Part shown: positions 61,851 through 64,000 of the stretch, one piece after another | Layout of the letters: each line of letters opens with the position of its first letter | Position numbering within the stretch: the first letter of the stretch is position 1 | Assembly (NCBI RefSeq): GCF_964204645.1 | Contig: NC_134032.1 | Coordinates: forward strand, 9,102,275 to 9,166,274 | Source of the DNA: Tubulanus polymorphus | Taxonomy: Eukaryota; Animalia; Nemertea | Reading direction: 5' to 3' | Length of the DNA stretch: 64,000 nucleotides | The notes under the pieces: model-generated | What the model was told of the DNA's origin: nothing | What the model saw: only the letters and a program-made list of their open reading frames with translations | Database searches by the model: none | Made by a program: the position numbers and the translations under genes

Positions 61851-62731
61851 AATGATTACTGGATGTTGTGAAGAACACATTTTTTTTCAGCACTCTTGCA
61901 ACAGTCTCTATGCATGAAGTCTCTATGCATGAAGTTGTCACACTTCAGTGATCGTATCTTTTTGCATTTAGACACGCACATGCAATATCTATTTAGAGAA
62001 TCTGCAATAGAATAAAACAATATCATTCATCAGTAATTAGAGTAAAACCTCATTTATGCAAATTAGCAACTTACCCATTTAGGGCTATTATATACCTGAG
62101 TTCCAAGAAGCTTCTTTTGGTTTATCCTTGTCAAGGATGTTATCATGCTTATGTCCACCTACAACAAAGAATCCTTCACAAGGACTTGAAACTGCCTTGC
62201 CATTTTTCCATCTTTCAGGATTACTCCTTCATAGCATGTTGTCCCGGTTTTAGTACTAAACAGTTTAGTATTTTTCATTGCAAATGAGTTTCATCTATCT
62301 AAAAACCGATGATTACTTACTGGATGTTGTGAAGAACACATTTTTTCCAGCACTTTAGCAACAGTCTCTTTGCATGAAGTTGTCAAACTTCAGTGACCGT
62401 ATCTTTTTGCATTTAGACACGCAAATGCAATATCTATTTAGAGAATCTGCAATAGAATAAAACAATACCATTCATCGGTAATTGGAGTAACACCTCGTTT
62501 ATGCAAATGAGCATCTTATACATTTAGGGCTATTATATACCTGAGTTCCTAGAAGCTTGTTTTGGTTTATCCTTCCTTGTCAAGGATGTTATCATGCTTA
62601 TGTCCACCTACAACAAAGAATCCTTCACAAGGACTTGAAACTTCCTTGCCAATTTTTTCAACTTTCAGGATTACTCCTTTATAGCACGTTGTCTCAGTTT
62701 TAGTACTGAACAGTTTAGTCTTTTTCATTGC
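61851..62731. repeat. ~465-bp two-copy tandem duplication within a decayed, intron-containing minus-strand gene fragment
   Basis: ttactggatgttgtgaagaacac..ttagacacgca..gtccacctacaacaaagaatccttcacaagg occurs twice; minus-strand GTAAG..ttgcAG intron in each copy. Confidence 0.8.
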
Positions 62732-63559
62732 TGTCGCCTGATAATGATAAACTGATTTAGAACTCATTGCATGTACTAGGGCAGATTTTTTGGAAGTGTA
62801 AAGGATAGGGAGGGGTTGAAAATTGGTAAATTCTTTGGGAGCATTCAAATAGTCCGTACAGCCAGTTTTACCGTTTTTTAGACCCCCTCCCCATTGTATG
62901 ATCTTGGTACTTATTTCATTGACACCGCCCCCAACCCGTACGTATATTTTGAAAGCCCTGCTCAAATCAAAAAATAAGACATAACATAACACTTAATCCA
63001 ACTTAATTGAACTTTTGCCCTACCTTCACTTAAAAACATCGGGAGTCGGTGTGTCTAGGTAGATCGTCGCTATTCAAATCTAGCGATAGAGAAAAAAAGC
63101 GATACCCCGTGCTGTGTCTCTATCATGTTCTCTATAACTGGCCGCTGTAACTTTTCGGTCCCAAATGCTCTAATGTCAAAGTTAAATCCTTAAAAATCCA
63201 ATCAGTGATGACCAGTATTACGGTAGGCCCGGTACAGATTTGTGATGACGTTTCATTTGGGTCGCCAACAGGAAATACATGGGACATTTCTTGCATGATC
63301 TCTGTTCCAAAATATTTTTCGTTACGAGTATATCATATGGGACCTCCAATTAATACTCTTCCGTTACAATATCTGGTTTTCATTTGCCCGCACCGAGTGC
63401 AATGGATTGCCATAATGTACCATCATATACAATGTTGCCATCGGATATATTTCCTGGCTCAACTTTTAAACCGGTGGGGGTTTGAGTCAACGGATATGGT
63501 GCTGGTAAGAATCTGCCACCGACGACCTTATGGATACCGCCATTGTCTTCAGGAAACAC

Positions 63560-64000
63560 GGATTTTCATCTCATCAGTTAGTACAGTTTTTTCAATTTCT
63601 TGCAATTTCATCAACATGGCTACCTCTGCGTAATGCGTGTGCGCAGTACTGCTTTCGTGTTTCCCACTGCGTACAGCAATGTACGTCGGGCCACATTAAG
63701 ATACTGCATTCGGTTTGATGATACATCCCCCGAAGACGGATGGTATCAAATTGTGTTTAGCAGCGACAAAAAAATCATGGTCAGGCAAGTTGGCTCTTTA
63801 ATTCATGCGCATCAATAAGGGGGCCGGTTTATTTGCTGCTGTAAGCCCTATTGGTACATGTGCCTTGTCATTACAAGAAATGACACAAAACACTGTAGGC
63901 CTAATAGATGACGCAACTTGCTTTAAGTGACTGACGGTCGTATAATCAAAATTTGATGCTGGGTGCTTCTTCCTCAGATTATTTTGTGCCCTCACAAGCT
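63560..64000 (-). pseudogene. DNA transposase fragment, probably Zator/TP36-like; runs off the window end
   Basis: S(C)NDKAHVPIGLTAANKPAPLLM..PDHDF..KHNLIPSV..GPTYIAVRSGKHESSTA with stops and frameshifts. Confidence 0.6.

Overview
AT-rich animal genomic DNA (probably a marine invertebrate; inferred from the repeat families and GT-AG introns), made almost entirely of nested transposable elements. No intact host protein-coding gene, rRNA or CRISPR array could be supported. Main contents: (1) a near-intact DIRS1-type tyrosine-recombinase retrotransposon (1745-6306) with ITRs and a perfectly matching ICR; (2) an RTE LINE split by a 2.2 kb DIRS/hepadnavirus-like RT-RNaseH element with no recombinase, ending in CCAAT-TATA-AATAAA; (3) two inverted 40-bp satellite arrays and two G-rich minisatellites; (4) an internally deleted Ty1/copia element inside a Helentron-type non-autonomous element; (5) a five-copy ~3.9 kb tandem array (31877-58071) in which every junction is a solo-LTR-like sequence absent from both outer boundaries; (6) a full-length AcademX DNA transposon (39353-46690) with a 4-exon transposase inserted in one array junction; (7) MITEs, a solo LTR, Penelope-type hammerhead remnants, and L2/CR1, gypsy-gag and Zator-like fragments. 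Coordinates were read by eye and family assignments rest on recognised motifs, not database searches.
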